A stretch of DNA of 64,000 nucleotides from Camelus ferus (GCF_009834535.1 NC_045707.1:49478001-49542000); one strand, 5' to 3'; counted from the stretch's first letter, positions 51,940 to 64,000 are shown. The notes: generated by a model from the letters alone, not told the origin. Numbers and translations: made by a program.

Positions 51940-52087
51940 GCCTATGTAAATTAGATTCACATGTATTTTTTTAGATGCCAATGTCCAGGCCCACCCCAGA
52001 CCCACTAAATCAAATTCTCCAGACATGAGCGTTTTTTTAAGCTTTCCAGATGACTGTAATGAGCAGCCAAAATTGAGACCCAGTATG
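51940..52087. mobile_element. MER5A-like hAT-Charlie MITE
   Basis: 'aggcccaccccagacccactaaatcaaattctcc...tttaagctttccagatgactgtaatgagcagccaaaattgagacc'. Confidence 0.75.
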
Positions 52088-53699
52088 GCCTCTGCTCCTA
52101 AGCCACTAGATGACTTTAAAAATATATTAAAAAATTTCCACTCAGGCTTGTATCAATAAAGCAAAAAACTAAGACTGCATTATTCCTGAGGTCCCTTCCA
52201 AGTCATTCTTCAGTTTTATACAAAGAAATTTCTATTAAAACAAATATTTCCAAAGACTTGAAAACCAGTAAGGGGATTTATGACCTAAGTAGGTCATTCA
52301 TTACGTAGATCTCATTTTGTCAGTAGTCAGAATCTTGATGTATATTTTTGATTCATCAAAATCCAAAGTCTTCCAATATTATCAATAAATCCACTATTGG
52401 AATCCAGTAAGTGGGTGAGCTGATTACTCCAGCACTATCTTATGTGGTGAGTTAGAAAAGTTAGAAAGTCAGTTCCAGTTAGTGATCTTAGATAGTATAT
52501 AAGCCATTGCATTAAAAATTATGTATAATTGTGATGCTTATTATTTTTAGAATCAGTATGCAGCCTATATGCTTTTTCTTCCCAGAGATCCTTCTAACAT
52601 AGAGTTTTAGAGAGCTGCTGAATTGATACAGCTATGAAACAGAGCTGAATGTGTAAGAGAGAAACAGAAGCTGGAACCTAGTAATAAGAAAGGATCTGCT
52701 AAGATAAATAGAACATTTTTCCATATTTAGTGGAACAGTACCAAGAAGAAAAGAATGGGAAAAAGAGAGCAGATAAGCTACAGATAAGTAATACAGAACT
52801 CCATGTGGATTTATAATTTGCAAAACAATAAATTAATGCCTCTAGGGGAACTGATTGGACCACAGGAGAGAGAAAGGACAAATAGAATTCTGGTTTTAAG
52901 AACTGAAGAAGAGACCAGACAAGCTGAGAGGAGTGCAGCACGATGCAATTTTTATATTTTCAAAGTTGCTGCAAGCTTAAGAGCCATGCCATGGCACCGT
53001 GGTCAATTGCTTAATGATGGGGCAGAACTGTTCATTAAAAAATTCAGGCTCCTTTAGTGCTGATAAAACAATAGTTGAGCTTTTAGACATAATCAAATAG
53101 AATCTCACTAGTTAAAAAACAGCCACAGCAGTCCATGAGGCTTATTCATACAAAATGGGTCTGAAATTGACCTGGAATTTGGAGTGCTTGTACCTTAGTC
53201 ATGGGCATCAGTGTTGAATCGCTAATAAACAGCATCTGGTGTTTTGAATGTTTCCTGTGAATGTTGCTTTCTCAGCCAGGAATCAAATATTGAAAGGCAT
53301 TAAGGAGTCATGTTGCCATGTTGCTCATTACTTGAGCTCAAGGTTGTGAGCCACTATACCTCTTGCTTCCTAAGCCACTGTATGTGCAGGTACAGAATAG
53401 GTGAGTCTGGCATGGAGCTTAGCTTACCTAACCTCATAGCAACTTTATAACTTGCCACCATGAGATTTGTCTACAGACATTTTCACCAACCCCTCAGGTT
53501 AACAAGCAAATAGAAGAGGCATGGGAAAGAAAATACATAAAAGTCATTAAAGTGAATGGGTAGAAAAAAGAGAGGAATATAGAGAGAGAGGAAGAGGAAG
53601 GAAAGGGGGAAGTAGAAAGAACATAGAAGTAAAAGGGAAGATGTGATAAGGGGTGATGAGATGCAAACAGCCCTGAGCTACATTTAGTTAAGAGTCTAG

Positions 53700-54170
53700 T
53701 TCAATTTGACAAATATTGTTGAGTACCAGTCAAGTAGAAGATGCTGTTCGAAGGCCTAGAGATAACAATATCTGAGATCCAATTCATTCTTTAAGGGGCT
53801 CACAGCCCCTTAAGGTAGGTAGATGTATGTATGTGTGTGTGTATGTATGTGTATATGTATATGTATATGTGTGTGTGTGTATATATATATATATATTCAA
53901 ATATTCCATTAACAACCTATTTTTTGAGTAAGTACAATATACCAGACATTATCCTAGGAGCTAGGCATGTGAAAATCAGTATAATGTTACAAGTACCGTA
54001 CAAGCAGTAAGAATAAAACAACCATGCAAACACAGAGAAAAGAGTGATGACTTCCATGATGAAGTCACAGAAGGCTTCAGAAAGTGTCAACATCACAGGC
54101 TTTGGGGCCAGTGTGGGTCTTATACTTATCAGCTGTGTGACTTTAAACACATTCCATCACCCTCTACCAT
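53700..54170. mobile_element. L2 fragments (antisense) and a MIR fragment flanking a compound microsatellite
   Basis: 'caaatattgttgagtacc', 'cattaacaacctattttttgagtaag' and 'atcagctgtgtgactttaaac'. Confidence 0.6.
53823..53896. repeat. Compound (TG/TA/ATGT)n microsatellite
   Basis: Read directly from the sequence. Confidence 0.95.
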
Positions 54171-54428
54171 ACTGTTAGAAGAAACAGATTTTTTTGTCCT
54201 ATGATAATTCTAGTAAATAGTGCATGTACATCTAAATTCACAATTATAACCGTTGGAAAAACAGTCCCTCTAACCCCACTACCCACAAGGGTGACTCAAT
54301 CAGATTTTTCAAATTTAAGACAGCAGTTAAGACAATTTATGCCGATCGCATTTCTAGATAACCTGGGTTTAAGAATAAAGGAGCATGTAAAAGAAATTGA
54401 GTACCTGCTCTCTGCCCATCAACTACAG

Positions 54429-54465
54429 TGATTGACAGGCCAAGAGACATAATTAGACATAATTG
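54429..54465 (+). promoter_or_regulatory. PBX-MEIS/PREP decamer plus tandem homeodomain sites
   Basis: TGATTGACAG at 54429-54438, then (AGACATAATT)2 at 54445-54464. Confidence 0.45.
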
Positions 54466-54872
54466 GGCAGGGTACCTTAATGGGCACTCTCATAGCTGTC
54501 TGCCCCCACACTACGGCACATTGAAATGAGTAAATTCAAAATCCATCATTTCTTGCAGGCATGGTGTGCTGAACCTGCTTAAATATTACCTAGCCTAAGT
54601 CTTTCCATTAACAAACTGGAAAATCGAGAGGAAAAAAAAGTTGAATGATATTCCCAAATTACAGAACTCGTTTTTAAAGCACCTCATGTAAGCAGTTGCT
54701 CAGCTCAGGAAAGAGAATGACCAGGTTTTGACAGAGGGTGGGAAATGGTGAGGTTTTACAGATCTGCGTATGTTTCTGTTTCGGGGGAAAATGTGTGGTG
54801 ATACTGAAGTAAGGAGGAGTGGAAAACGGTTTATGAGGGAAAAAAGTAGCAGATGATGGGAGAATTAATTAG

Positions 54873-54895
54873 ACACACACACACACACACACACA
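54873..54895. repeat. (AC)n microsatellite
   Basis: Read directly from the sequence. Confidence 0.95.
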
Positions 54896-55572
54896 GTTTT
54901 CAACATCCTAACCCACCTGTTCCTTTAATATTTTAAAGGAAATAGTCCAAAAGAAATAACTCTTATGCCCTATGTCTTTGAATGTAACAGGAAAGCAGCC
55001 CAATTTCTTCTATATGCCTGACATGTTGCCAGTTCATGACTAAATAACTAATAAAAAGCTGCAGACAGGTAAACCTCAAGGGGCCTCGGAGGCACAGCTT
55101 GGATGTTTGTGTTAATAAGTCTAGTCTCAAAGTAGAACTGGCAATCTCAAAAGAAAATTGTTCTGGGCAATTCACATCCCCACCCATTGTTTTGCTAATC
55201 CTAGTCACCAGTTCATAATGCAAAACGGGATTTGGGTATATTAATCTATGTTTGTTGCATGTTTAAAAGAATAGCTAAATATGGCTCAGAATGCTGTACT
55301 TTATCTTACATGAGTTCAGTCAAATCATTGCTTCTAATCAAACCAGCTTTTTAACAACACTAATATTAGAAAATTCTTTGTCAGTGCTCCTGTTTTGCTG
55401 TTATTAGCAACTTCTCACCTGTAGATCCTGGCTTATTCTATACATGATGGCAGAAGAGAGAATCATAAGAAAATTGAGGAATCTCAGTTCCACTGAGATT
55501 CAACATAAAGGTTGCAATAACTCACTTGTTGGTTAGTATAGTTGTTCATTTCTCTCATCGTGTGATAATCAG

Positions 55573-55573
<1 letters not shown>

Positions 55574-55618
<45 letters not shown>
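55574..55618. repeat. (TG)n microsatellite
   Basis: Read directly from the sequence. Confidence 0.97.
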
Positions 55619-55619
<1 letters not shown>

Positions 55620-56651
55620 GGGAACTCAAGGTGAAGGAAAGAAAATAGGCAGATGGTAATGGTAAAACTTAGAAGCAGTAGTTTGAAAGGTGTATCTCAA
55701 ACCATAAAAGTGATAAAATTTGGCTACTTCTCACCCATTTCTAAATGGGTTGAATGAAGTACAGAAACCTCAATGATTTTTCCAGCACAAAATAGACAAG
55801 TGAACCGATGAGAGTTAATGCTTATTTCCTCCCGGATCATCAACCTCCTTTGTATCTAATGCTTTATCCATTTATAATTAACCAGCAGCTCTGGAAATGT
55901 TCTCAACTTACTTTTGCAAGTGTTTTTTATCTCAACTAGATGATAAACTCCTCCAAGTCATAGTCTATATCTGCTTTTGCTACTACTTATTACTACTTTG
56001 TTGCCCCCCACCCCACCCTGCCCCCATCCACCACCACTCATAGTCACAGCTCCTAGGACATGGACAGAATCAATAGATAGTCATAGTTTGAGCCCAAGTT
56101 GTAGCATCTTTGCTGGTGTACCATATATATAAGGCCAAATCTTATTAAACTTTTGTGACTACAACTTGTTCCCGATTTTTATATTCAGTTTTCTTGACTG
56201 TATGTCTTACAGCCTGAGAGTTTTTTAAATCCAAATTCTGCTGTCTCAGCAACTAAGTCTTCTGATCAGCTCCAATCGTAGAATGTGCAGTCCGAAAAAT
56301 CTTGACCTTTCATTCCTAATTACCTTCTTTAAAAAACCCTTAATTTCTAAATTTATTCTCCGTTTATCCCCAGCCTTAGAAAACTTTTATTATTGAGAAT
56401 ATAATGAAAAAGCATTGGACTAGGAGTAAGATGTCAGTTGAGTCTTGCTTCTGTCTATTCTTGGTGGTGTAATAACAATCTCAGTAAGCACATGCCGTGC
56501 TCATGGTCTGATGAGTGAATTAGTAACTGTGTGAATAAATGCCACAATTTATTAATCTACCTATGAGAGATCACATAGTCTTTGGAAACTTGATTCCCTC
56601 ATCTAAGTAACAAGAGTGCTATGATCTATAATATTAAAATTAAGAGAAATA

Positions 56652-57281
56652 ATCCAAAGGAAACAAAACCATTATCTCAAAGAGAGATCTTTGTTCATCA
56701 CAGCATTATTCACAACAGCCAAAATATAGAAACAATCTAAGCATCTGTCAACAAAAGAATGGATAGAGAAAATGCAATGTATATATACAAGGGAATATTA
56801 TTCAAGCTTAAAAAAAGAAGAAAATTTACAACAACATAGATGATCCTTTCCTAAGTGAAATAAGCCAGAAAGAGACAAACACTGCCTGGTAACACATATA
56901 TAGAACCAAAAAAAAAAAAAAAAAAGTTGAATTCAGAAACAGACAGTGGAGAAGTAGTTGCCAGGGCCTGTGGGGTACAGGAAATAGGCAGAGGCACAAG
57001 TTTTCAGTTAGAGGGTGAATAAGGTCTGAGGATCTACTGTAGAGCTTGGTGACCAAGTTGTGTATTGAATAATTGATATTTGCTAAAAAATTAGAACTTA
57101 AATATTCTCAATAACAACAAAAAAGATAAATATATGAGGTAATGGATGTGTTAAAGTTATCTAGTGGGGCTAATGTTTTAACAATGCGTACATATACCAA
57201 ACCATCAACATTGTACACTTTAAATAGCTTATAATTGTATTTGTCAGTTAAACCTTAATTTAAAAAAGAACACATATTTTA
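56652..57281 (+). mobile_element. 5'-truncated L1 (L1MA-like 3' end)
   Basis: 'gttcatcacagcattattcacaacagcc...ctaagtgaaataagccag'; perfect 16-bp TSD aaaattaagagaaata (56636-56651 / 57282-57297) at a TT|AAAA site. Confidence 0.93.
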
Positions 57282-57299
57282 AAAATTAAGAGAAATATT

Positions 57300-57530
57300 G
57301 GGTACTTATACTGTACCAGTTATTTTAAAACAGATACAGAGCTGCAAATATACAGATAATGAATAGATATAATTTAGTTGTTACAACAACCCGCATTAAC
57401 CGCATTTTACAGAAAAAGAAAACTGAAATTCACTAAAACTGTGTAACTGGCCCAAAGTCAGTGAGAAAGTGGCAGAACTGATTTTCAATCTCAGGTCTGT
57501 CTGTCTCCAGTTGACCCCTACGTCACACTA
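57300..57530 (-). mobile_element. MIR SINE
   Basis: 'cattttacagaaaaagaaaactgaa...taactggcccaaagtca...aagtggcagaactg...caggtctgtctgtctccag'. Confidence 0.8.
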
Positions 57531-60500
57531 CTTTTATTTATTCTTCTAGTTCTTTATCTCTGTGTGAACTCCAACTTGCCAATCTGTACTTGATTTAGGT
57601 AAAGAATGCCCTAAATCTTTGTTATTTCAGATGCTTTTAAAGTGTCTTTAAAAAGAAAACATGCCATTCAGAAGAGGTAGGGAAAGCTTCCTATAATTAA
57701 CAGACCAAAGGAAGGATTGTGTTACAGGGGACACAGATAGGTATCTCAATTTCAAAAAAAGGAAAAAGTTACATTCCTTCTCAGTGTTCATTCATGGTAG
57801 GTAGACATGTTGGGGGTCCCTTGCTGAATGACATTTAAAACTCTGCAAAGAGTTACACACTATGTTTTAAGAAATGCCGACAGAGCCTTCTCTTTTCCTC
57901 TCCCCAGTTTACTGAAGGTTTAATTATTCTAATAGTCTGACATATATCAGGATTTACAAGTAATCTCTTAAGAGTGCCCTGCATCCATTTTGCTGTCCTC
58001 TGAAACTGCCCACTTCTGTCTGCTAAAACAGCCCAGCTCAGCAGCTTCATTTATTTTAATGCTTCTTTCAACCTGCAAACCAAAGGTTAGTGACAAGAGG
58101 GTAACTCAGCTTGCAGATTCCTTAATCTTTTCTGCCTGTGCCCAACAAAATGTGGCTTAAAAAAAAAAAAAGAGAGATGGCATTTTTTTCTACTTTTAAG
58201 AAAGGGCTCTATATGCCCCAGATAAAACATTACTGTGATTTCATCATCATTTTCCAGACTCTGTTCACCTAGTTTGCATGTTTCCCTTTAATCAAAATGA
58301 GTTGAGTAATGGAAGGGGACTGAATTCTGCTTCATTAAAGAGGTGATCTCATGCAAAACTATGAAAAATTCTTTAGAGTTTTCTATTAAAATCTAGCAGA
58401 AATGATAACAGTGTTCATAACCAAAAGCTTTGTGGTCAGTTATCAGGAAATTACCCTGAAGTATAATCCTAGTTAACTAAAACAAAACTGTTCCCTTCTC
58501 AGGTCATCCCATCCCATTTGCCTCATTCTTAGCCCTCACCAGCTAGCTTTGTTTTCCTTCTCCATGAATGCTATTGTATTTAGATTCCTGGTGTTTGGGA
58601 TGATGATCTAAGAACATTGCAAGATCAGAATCGTCAAGAAGATTCAAATAGCATTTAATCACCATACTTCCAATGACCAGAAAGCTGGAACTAATATATT
58701 TTAGAATGCCTCTTCAACAACAAAGATTGAGATAAAATAGAGTCATAGAACTCCCTCTTAACCAGAAATCCAACTAACTAGAACAATCTATTTACCAAGA
58801 AGTCTGGTTAATCCTATATTCTAGTGTATTTCATACTTGAGTTTACAAGGTCAGGAATATCCCGCTGTCCCCAAAGTTAATTTTGGGTTGATTCATGTAT
58901 AAACAGGTATTATAGGAAAACCAGGCCAAGTGTTCCTGCCGAAAGTCGGTGGATTTTTATGGCTGTTCTTCCCACATGGTGGGAGGCAGGAGGGGATGGA
59001 GGATAAAAAGAGGCATAAAGGCCTCTGGAGTCAAATGCCACATTCTATCGAGGTTCAGTTCACACCGCTCCACTTATTCAGCCTGACTTCATCATAGCAG
59101 AGAGCACAATGCCATGCGCCAGAGGTAAATACTCCCTCTTGCAGCTGTCAGACGTTTTTGGTGGTTCACCAGCCTGACCTTCAAAATCCTGTTCATGACA
59201 TTTATCTCCAGCCTAAAAGTTTCATGCCAGAGAAGTTAAACTGTGTAAGCATAGAAATAGAAAGCTCTTACATCAAAGTTCAAATTCTATTTAAAAAGAC
59301 AAACAAACAAAACTTTGTCACTTAATTTTTAAATCCTGGCAGTGTGGGGGTGAGGGGAAGAGAAGGACAGAAAATATGTTTTGTTTTGCTTTGTTATTTC
59401 ATGACATCAAATTATAAAATTGAAAATTGAAGTTTAAGGTTGAAGTTAGGGCACTAAACAGCTACAATAAATTTTTTTTCCAAAAAAATTATATAAGATT
59501 TAGTTTTTCCACATTGACCATTCCACGTGAGGCATTTTTTTTTCCTGTATGTGTTTTCCATTTATTTTGTGTTCTTAAAAGCATCTGAAAAACTCAGTCA
59601 TAAAAGTAAAGTATATAGTGACTTTTTTTTCCCTAAATTCCTTAAGTGTTATTCTAGCCAAAGCTGTCTGTTGCCTTTCTTTTGTAGAACCATGAACTCT
59701 GAGTTACCCTCTAAATAAGACAGACAGCTTTCTCTCAAGTGGTGCCATCCAGAGATAACAGGCTACGTTTTGTAAAAGTAAGCAGTAGAATACATTTGCG
59801 AAAACAGAGAGCGAGAGAGAAAAGGAAAGAAAAGAACAACTTCCCCTATACTTCAAGTAATTAAAGCTAAGCCCTCCTGGAAATTTCTCCAAGTATTTTG
59901 TCCTCCTCCAACTCTGATTTGTCCTTCTTTAACTCTGATCACACTTCCAAACAGGTCAACAGTATACGGGTAAGCATCTCCTGTGTTTCATAATGGCTCA
60001 AATGCACCATCTCCCTAAGGAGCCACATCTTGAGAAACGAATCTTGTCTTTCTCTTCCTTTGCATCCTCCACAATGCTTGGTCAGTAAATATTTAAGAAG
60101 CACTTGCTGATTTATTACTTCTTCAAAACCACATGTCCACCTACACACAAGAAAATTGTTCTACAAAGTCAGAGCCCAGGGAGGGGGGCTTTTGGTCGTA
60201 TGACGTAAGTGATCCATCCAAAGGAAGAGGTTCAAAGGCTAAAGGCGAATCTAAGATGCACTTCTCCAGGCACTAAGGAACTGTCACAGTGCTCTCTGGA
60301 GAGTCCAGAACAGTAAGGATTTAGCAGCGCTTGCACTTAACACCTGCTGGCCGGCCCCACTAAGAGGGCCAGCAGAATAAGGCAGTTGTCCAGGTGACTC
60401 ATGGAAATAAGCCATTTTTAGCTAAAATATCCAAGCAGTTCAAGCTAAAGTAGGCTGTTACCTGGGTCATTCAGGCAAAAGCAGGTTGTTTGGTTTAAGT

Positions 60501-61390
60501 TTCCTGGCACTAGGGGGAAGGGGGAAGGCCAACTGTACTGAAAGATCAGCCAGGAGTTACCCCACACCAAGGCCTGGGATTACTGCTTATGGACACTCAG
60601 GCGTCAGCAACTTATGAGAAGGGAGAGGAACTAGCATTTTGGTGATCTCATATCCTACTCCATGCGTACACAGCTGTAGTCTTAATTTGGAATCAGGGGC
60701 TTTGGGTGTTAAGGAACTCCCTTTACCATCATTCATTGGTGGAAAGAGGGACGCTTGATTATACAGATCCTGACTGTTCAAGCACTGAGAGGCACTACAC
60801 AGACATCAGCTCATCTAACAATGAAGCCTGATATCAAAACCATAGGAAAGCCCCTGGTCCTTGTAGAAATAACATTTAAGATTTGTGTTGTTAGTGTTGC
60901 ACACAGTACCATTTCCTGGTGATGACATCTGAAGCATGTCTGTCCTTTACACATGCTACCAGAGGGATGATCGAGGACTGCCATCTGGGGGCTAGCCCAG
61001 AGCTTCCGCATCTGATGTCTGCCCAAGAGTTTTGTTGAAATGCTGCTTCCCCACATGTCCAGGCTATTTCCTGCCAGGACCAGGAACCATTTTGCTTTGT
61101 CAGCTCTTCATAGTAGCATTGCTTATACTTGTTTCTCAGTAGGACATTCCATGTTTTATTTTCATACCTGTTCACTCTGGCCCTGCCAAAGAAACTATTG
61201 TAAGCATTGTATTTTTCAGACTACAGCAAGCTCAGCTTCAGTGAAAAGGGACAGAGAGTGGTGAAATAGGCTAGAGTACAATAGGTAAGTTGCCACAAGG
61301 AGAAAAGACACTCATGCAAACCTCCAGGGACATGTCTTAGCCATAGATTAGTTTAGCTGTTATCCTCTTAATAGTAAGTGGTTCACAGTC

Positions 61391-62260
61391 CAGTCAGCCT
61401 TCTGTACCCATGGGTACCACATCCATGTGTTAGGCAGTTAGATAAATGGGGGCACCAGGCAGACAAGTGGAGGAGAAGGAGGATGATCTGGAAGATGGTG
61501 TTATGCCCGCCTCCAGCATAAAGGGGCTTTACTTCCTCTAAATGAGTGTCAGCAAGAAACTTGTTAGAACCTGACAGCTACAACTGATTGGTAGCCACAA
61601 GGACCTAACTGGACATGACCCAGTGCTCATTGTAATATAATTAACATTGCAACTTAGCCCCCCCCCCCATGGGTTTTGCTGTGTACACCATGGCTAAAGA
61701 CATGTGCAAAGGGGACAAACTTGACTAAGCACTCCAGGGACAAAAGCCGTCAATCAATCAAGACCACCTCTAAGAGAGGGTATAAGAGAACGGGGAGACA
61801 AAAACCACCACTTTTCCTCCCTTGGATCAGCCTGCCTCCCGTTCTTGGTGGTGTACTTTCCCTTTGATAAATAAATCGTTTAAAATCTTTCACTATACAA
61901 TGCTCCATCTCTAGTCTGAATTCTTATGTTTTGGGTAAGACAAGAACTGGGGTATTTTCCCTCCCCCTTTTGGGGTAAACCATGGATTCAAACAAGTGCA
62001 GACAGGAAATCTTTTTTTAAAATTCCAGAAAATTCCAAAAAGCAAAACTTGAATTTGCTGCACACTGGCAACTATTTGCATAGCATTTATATTGGATTAG
62101 ATATTACAAGTAGTCTAGAGGTGATTTAACATATACAGGAGGATGTGTGTAGGTTATAAGCAAGTACTATGCCATTGTATGTAAGGGACTTGAGCATCGT
62201 GGATTTTAGTGTCTGAGCTGGGGGTCCCGGAACCAACCTCCGATGGATGCTGAGAGAGGA
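61391..62260 (-). mobile_element. MER2/MER2B (TcMar-Tigger) split by an LTR
   Basis: 'cagtcagccttctgtacccatggg...' and '...gaggatgtgtgtaggttata...agggacttgagcatcgtggatttt...ggaaccaa' match antisense MER2. Confidence 0.88.
61428..61980 (+). mobile_element. ERV solo LTR (about 550 bp) inserted in MER2
   Basis: Starts TGTTAGG; TATAA at 61781; AATAAA near 61870; (C)CATG duplicated at 61423-61427 / 61980-61984; MER2 rejoins across it. Confidence 0.85.
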
Positions 62261-62490
62261 TAGGCTCTGGAGTCAGGCATAGAATTTTGGTTCTTCTGTT
62301 TACCAGTGGAATGACTTTAGAGAAGTTGCTTTGACGTCTTTAAATCTCAGTTTTCTTATCTCTAATATAAGCGTATATGTTAATACAGCCTTACATAGTT
62401 GTTGGAAAGACTAAATCAGATAATGTCTATAAAGCACTTAGCACAGGGATAGTACAAAATAAGCTTCCTAAAATGGTAGCTATTTGATCG
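62261..62490 (+). mobile_element. MIR SINE (its 5' tip lies at about 61370-61390, upstream of MER2)
   Basis: 'ggctctggagtcagg...ctcagttttcttatctc...aaagcacttagcacag...aaatggtagctat'. Confidence 0.88.
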
Positions 62491-63789
62491 CTATCATCCT
62501 CTTTTTCTTCCTACTGCTTTAGGGATTGTCCAGCCTCTTGCTCTTCATGAGTGACATTTCTTCCCTGGACCATCACAAAATGAAACATAGGCTAATAGCT
62601 CTCCCTTTTCTTTTGTAACCCCAAATTAGATTCATAGTATGATTGGCATTTTTAAAGACATTTAACCAGTGGTCATATTAAGAAAACCAAGAATGAAATG
62701 CCTTCTACATATTGAGCAGGTTTTCATGTTTTTGGTATTTTTGGTTCCTTAAACACAATCACAGCCATTCGTGAACTTGTATAGCTTGGCTTAGAAGGAC
62801 TAAAAGACTAAGGAAAAAGTCATCTTCAAAGAAAAGGAAAAACAGACAAGTTGTATTAATTCATGAACTAGGGTTCTAGGGATTTGAGTTCAGGTTTTCA
62901 GAATGAGATAGAAGTAGAGGAGAAATTCTAGGTGGTGATAGCAGGGAAGAAAGGAGAATTCCTGATGCCACTAGACATAATGGCCATACCTCTTAAAAAA
63001 AGAGGGAGTCATACTGTTGTCTAAAGAGCATCAGTGTCCTCAACATGCAAGGGAATATTTATAACAGAACTGTTCTGGAAAATCTGGACTTTGGAGTTCC
63101 TACCAGCTAGGACAACAAATCTCGGAGATCCCTTCGTATATATTAGAGTTTGGACTGCCTGTGTTAACTCTAGTATGAAGTGCCTTTCTTTGGGGCCTCC
63201 CTGTCTAATGGCTTTGAGTCTCCACCTGTACTGAACTGAACAAAGTGTCCAGGTAGCACTCTCAGCCTTCAGAATATTCACTTCTCCCTTAGAACTGAAA
63301 AATCTGTGATACATGTTTTCTGGGTTTTGTAGGTATTTGCAGACACATTTTGATAATCACCTTAGTTTCATCCCAGCTATATATTACTTTTTTTAATTAA
63401 AAATTCCTCGGATTCGATTTCTGGTATTTGATATTTGGTCACTGATAAGGAATCTACCACCTCTGAATCCCATTGTGACAGGTAACTAAATCCAACAGAA
63501 GATTTGCTATGTATAAATTCTTACCCATCACAATGGGTTAAGTTAATGTTTCAAGTTAAAAGAATATGATCCTTCAGTTACATACAGATTATCTTCTTTA
63601 CTATTTGCAAAACGAATTAGAAGAAAAATTAAATTGAAAAAGTATGTTTTCAGTAGGAAGAAACCCTAAAGGAAAATTACTTCCATAATCAACAATAGTA
63701 GTATGTTTTTTTAAACTTCCATTAAGTTGCACTGTTTGTATTGTTGCTTCCCTCCATGAAGTTTCTCAAAGACTCCCTTTCCTTTCTGT

Positions 63790-64000
63790 CAGGTCAATGA
63801 TGCCCAGCATGACTGACCTCTTCCTATCTCTACAAACTTACCTTGTTCCATTCTCCCACGATTTTCCTTTCTTTAACCACACAAGCCTTCATTCAGTCTT
63901 CGAAAGAGCTAAATCCCTTCCTACCCCAGGCCCTTTGCACATGCAGATTATCTTTACTGTCTTATTTCTTACCCTCCCCCCCCACACACTCTTCCATTGC
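63790..64000 (+). mobile_element. L2 fragment
   Basis: 'ccacacaagccttcattcagtcttcgaaagagc...caggccctttgcacatgc'. Confidence 0.75.

Noticed and set aside
396..63314. All ORFs in the supplied track as protein-coding genes
   Set aside because: They are short (at most 151 aa), often start at non-ATG codons, and are low-complexity or lie inside repeats. The only recognisable homology is to decayed L1 ORF1p/ORF2p.
63021..63314. 97-aa minus-strand ORF or possible CR1/L3 remnant (also about 51500-51700)
   Set aside because: No recognisable protein, and the CR1 similarity is only about 20 nt, too weak to call without an HMM search.

Overview
This is AT-rich, CpG-depleted mammalian non-coding DNA (an intron or gene desert). 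It is most likely camelid, because of a vic-1-like tRNA-derived SINE at 34.9 kb and cetartiodactyl-type L1 3' ends. I recognise no protein-coding gene, RNA gene or CRISPR array. The only ORFs with recognisable homology are decayed LINE-1 ORF1p/ORF2p fragments. A large part of the window is interspersed repeat: an L1-dense block at about 10.5-21.3 kb, many MIR and L2 fragments, MaLR and ERV LTRs, and Tigger/MER DNA transposons. Two nested insertion stacks have readable target-site duplications (TSDs), at 21.26-23.15 kb and 61.37-62.49 kb. Several repeat-poor stretches carry enhancer- or insulator-type motifs (CTCF, PBX-MEIS decamers, octamer, AP-1/CRE), and there are a few splice-site-bounded candidate exons. 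Repeat names come from my recall of consensus sequences, not from a database search, so subfamily labels and most boundaries are approximate. I found no convincing novel biological system; the findings are low-to-moderate-interest leads.
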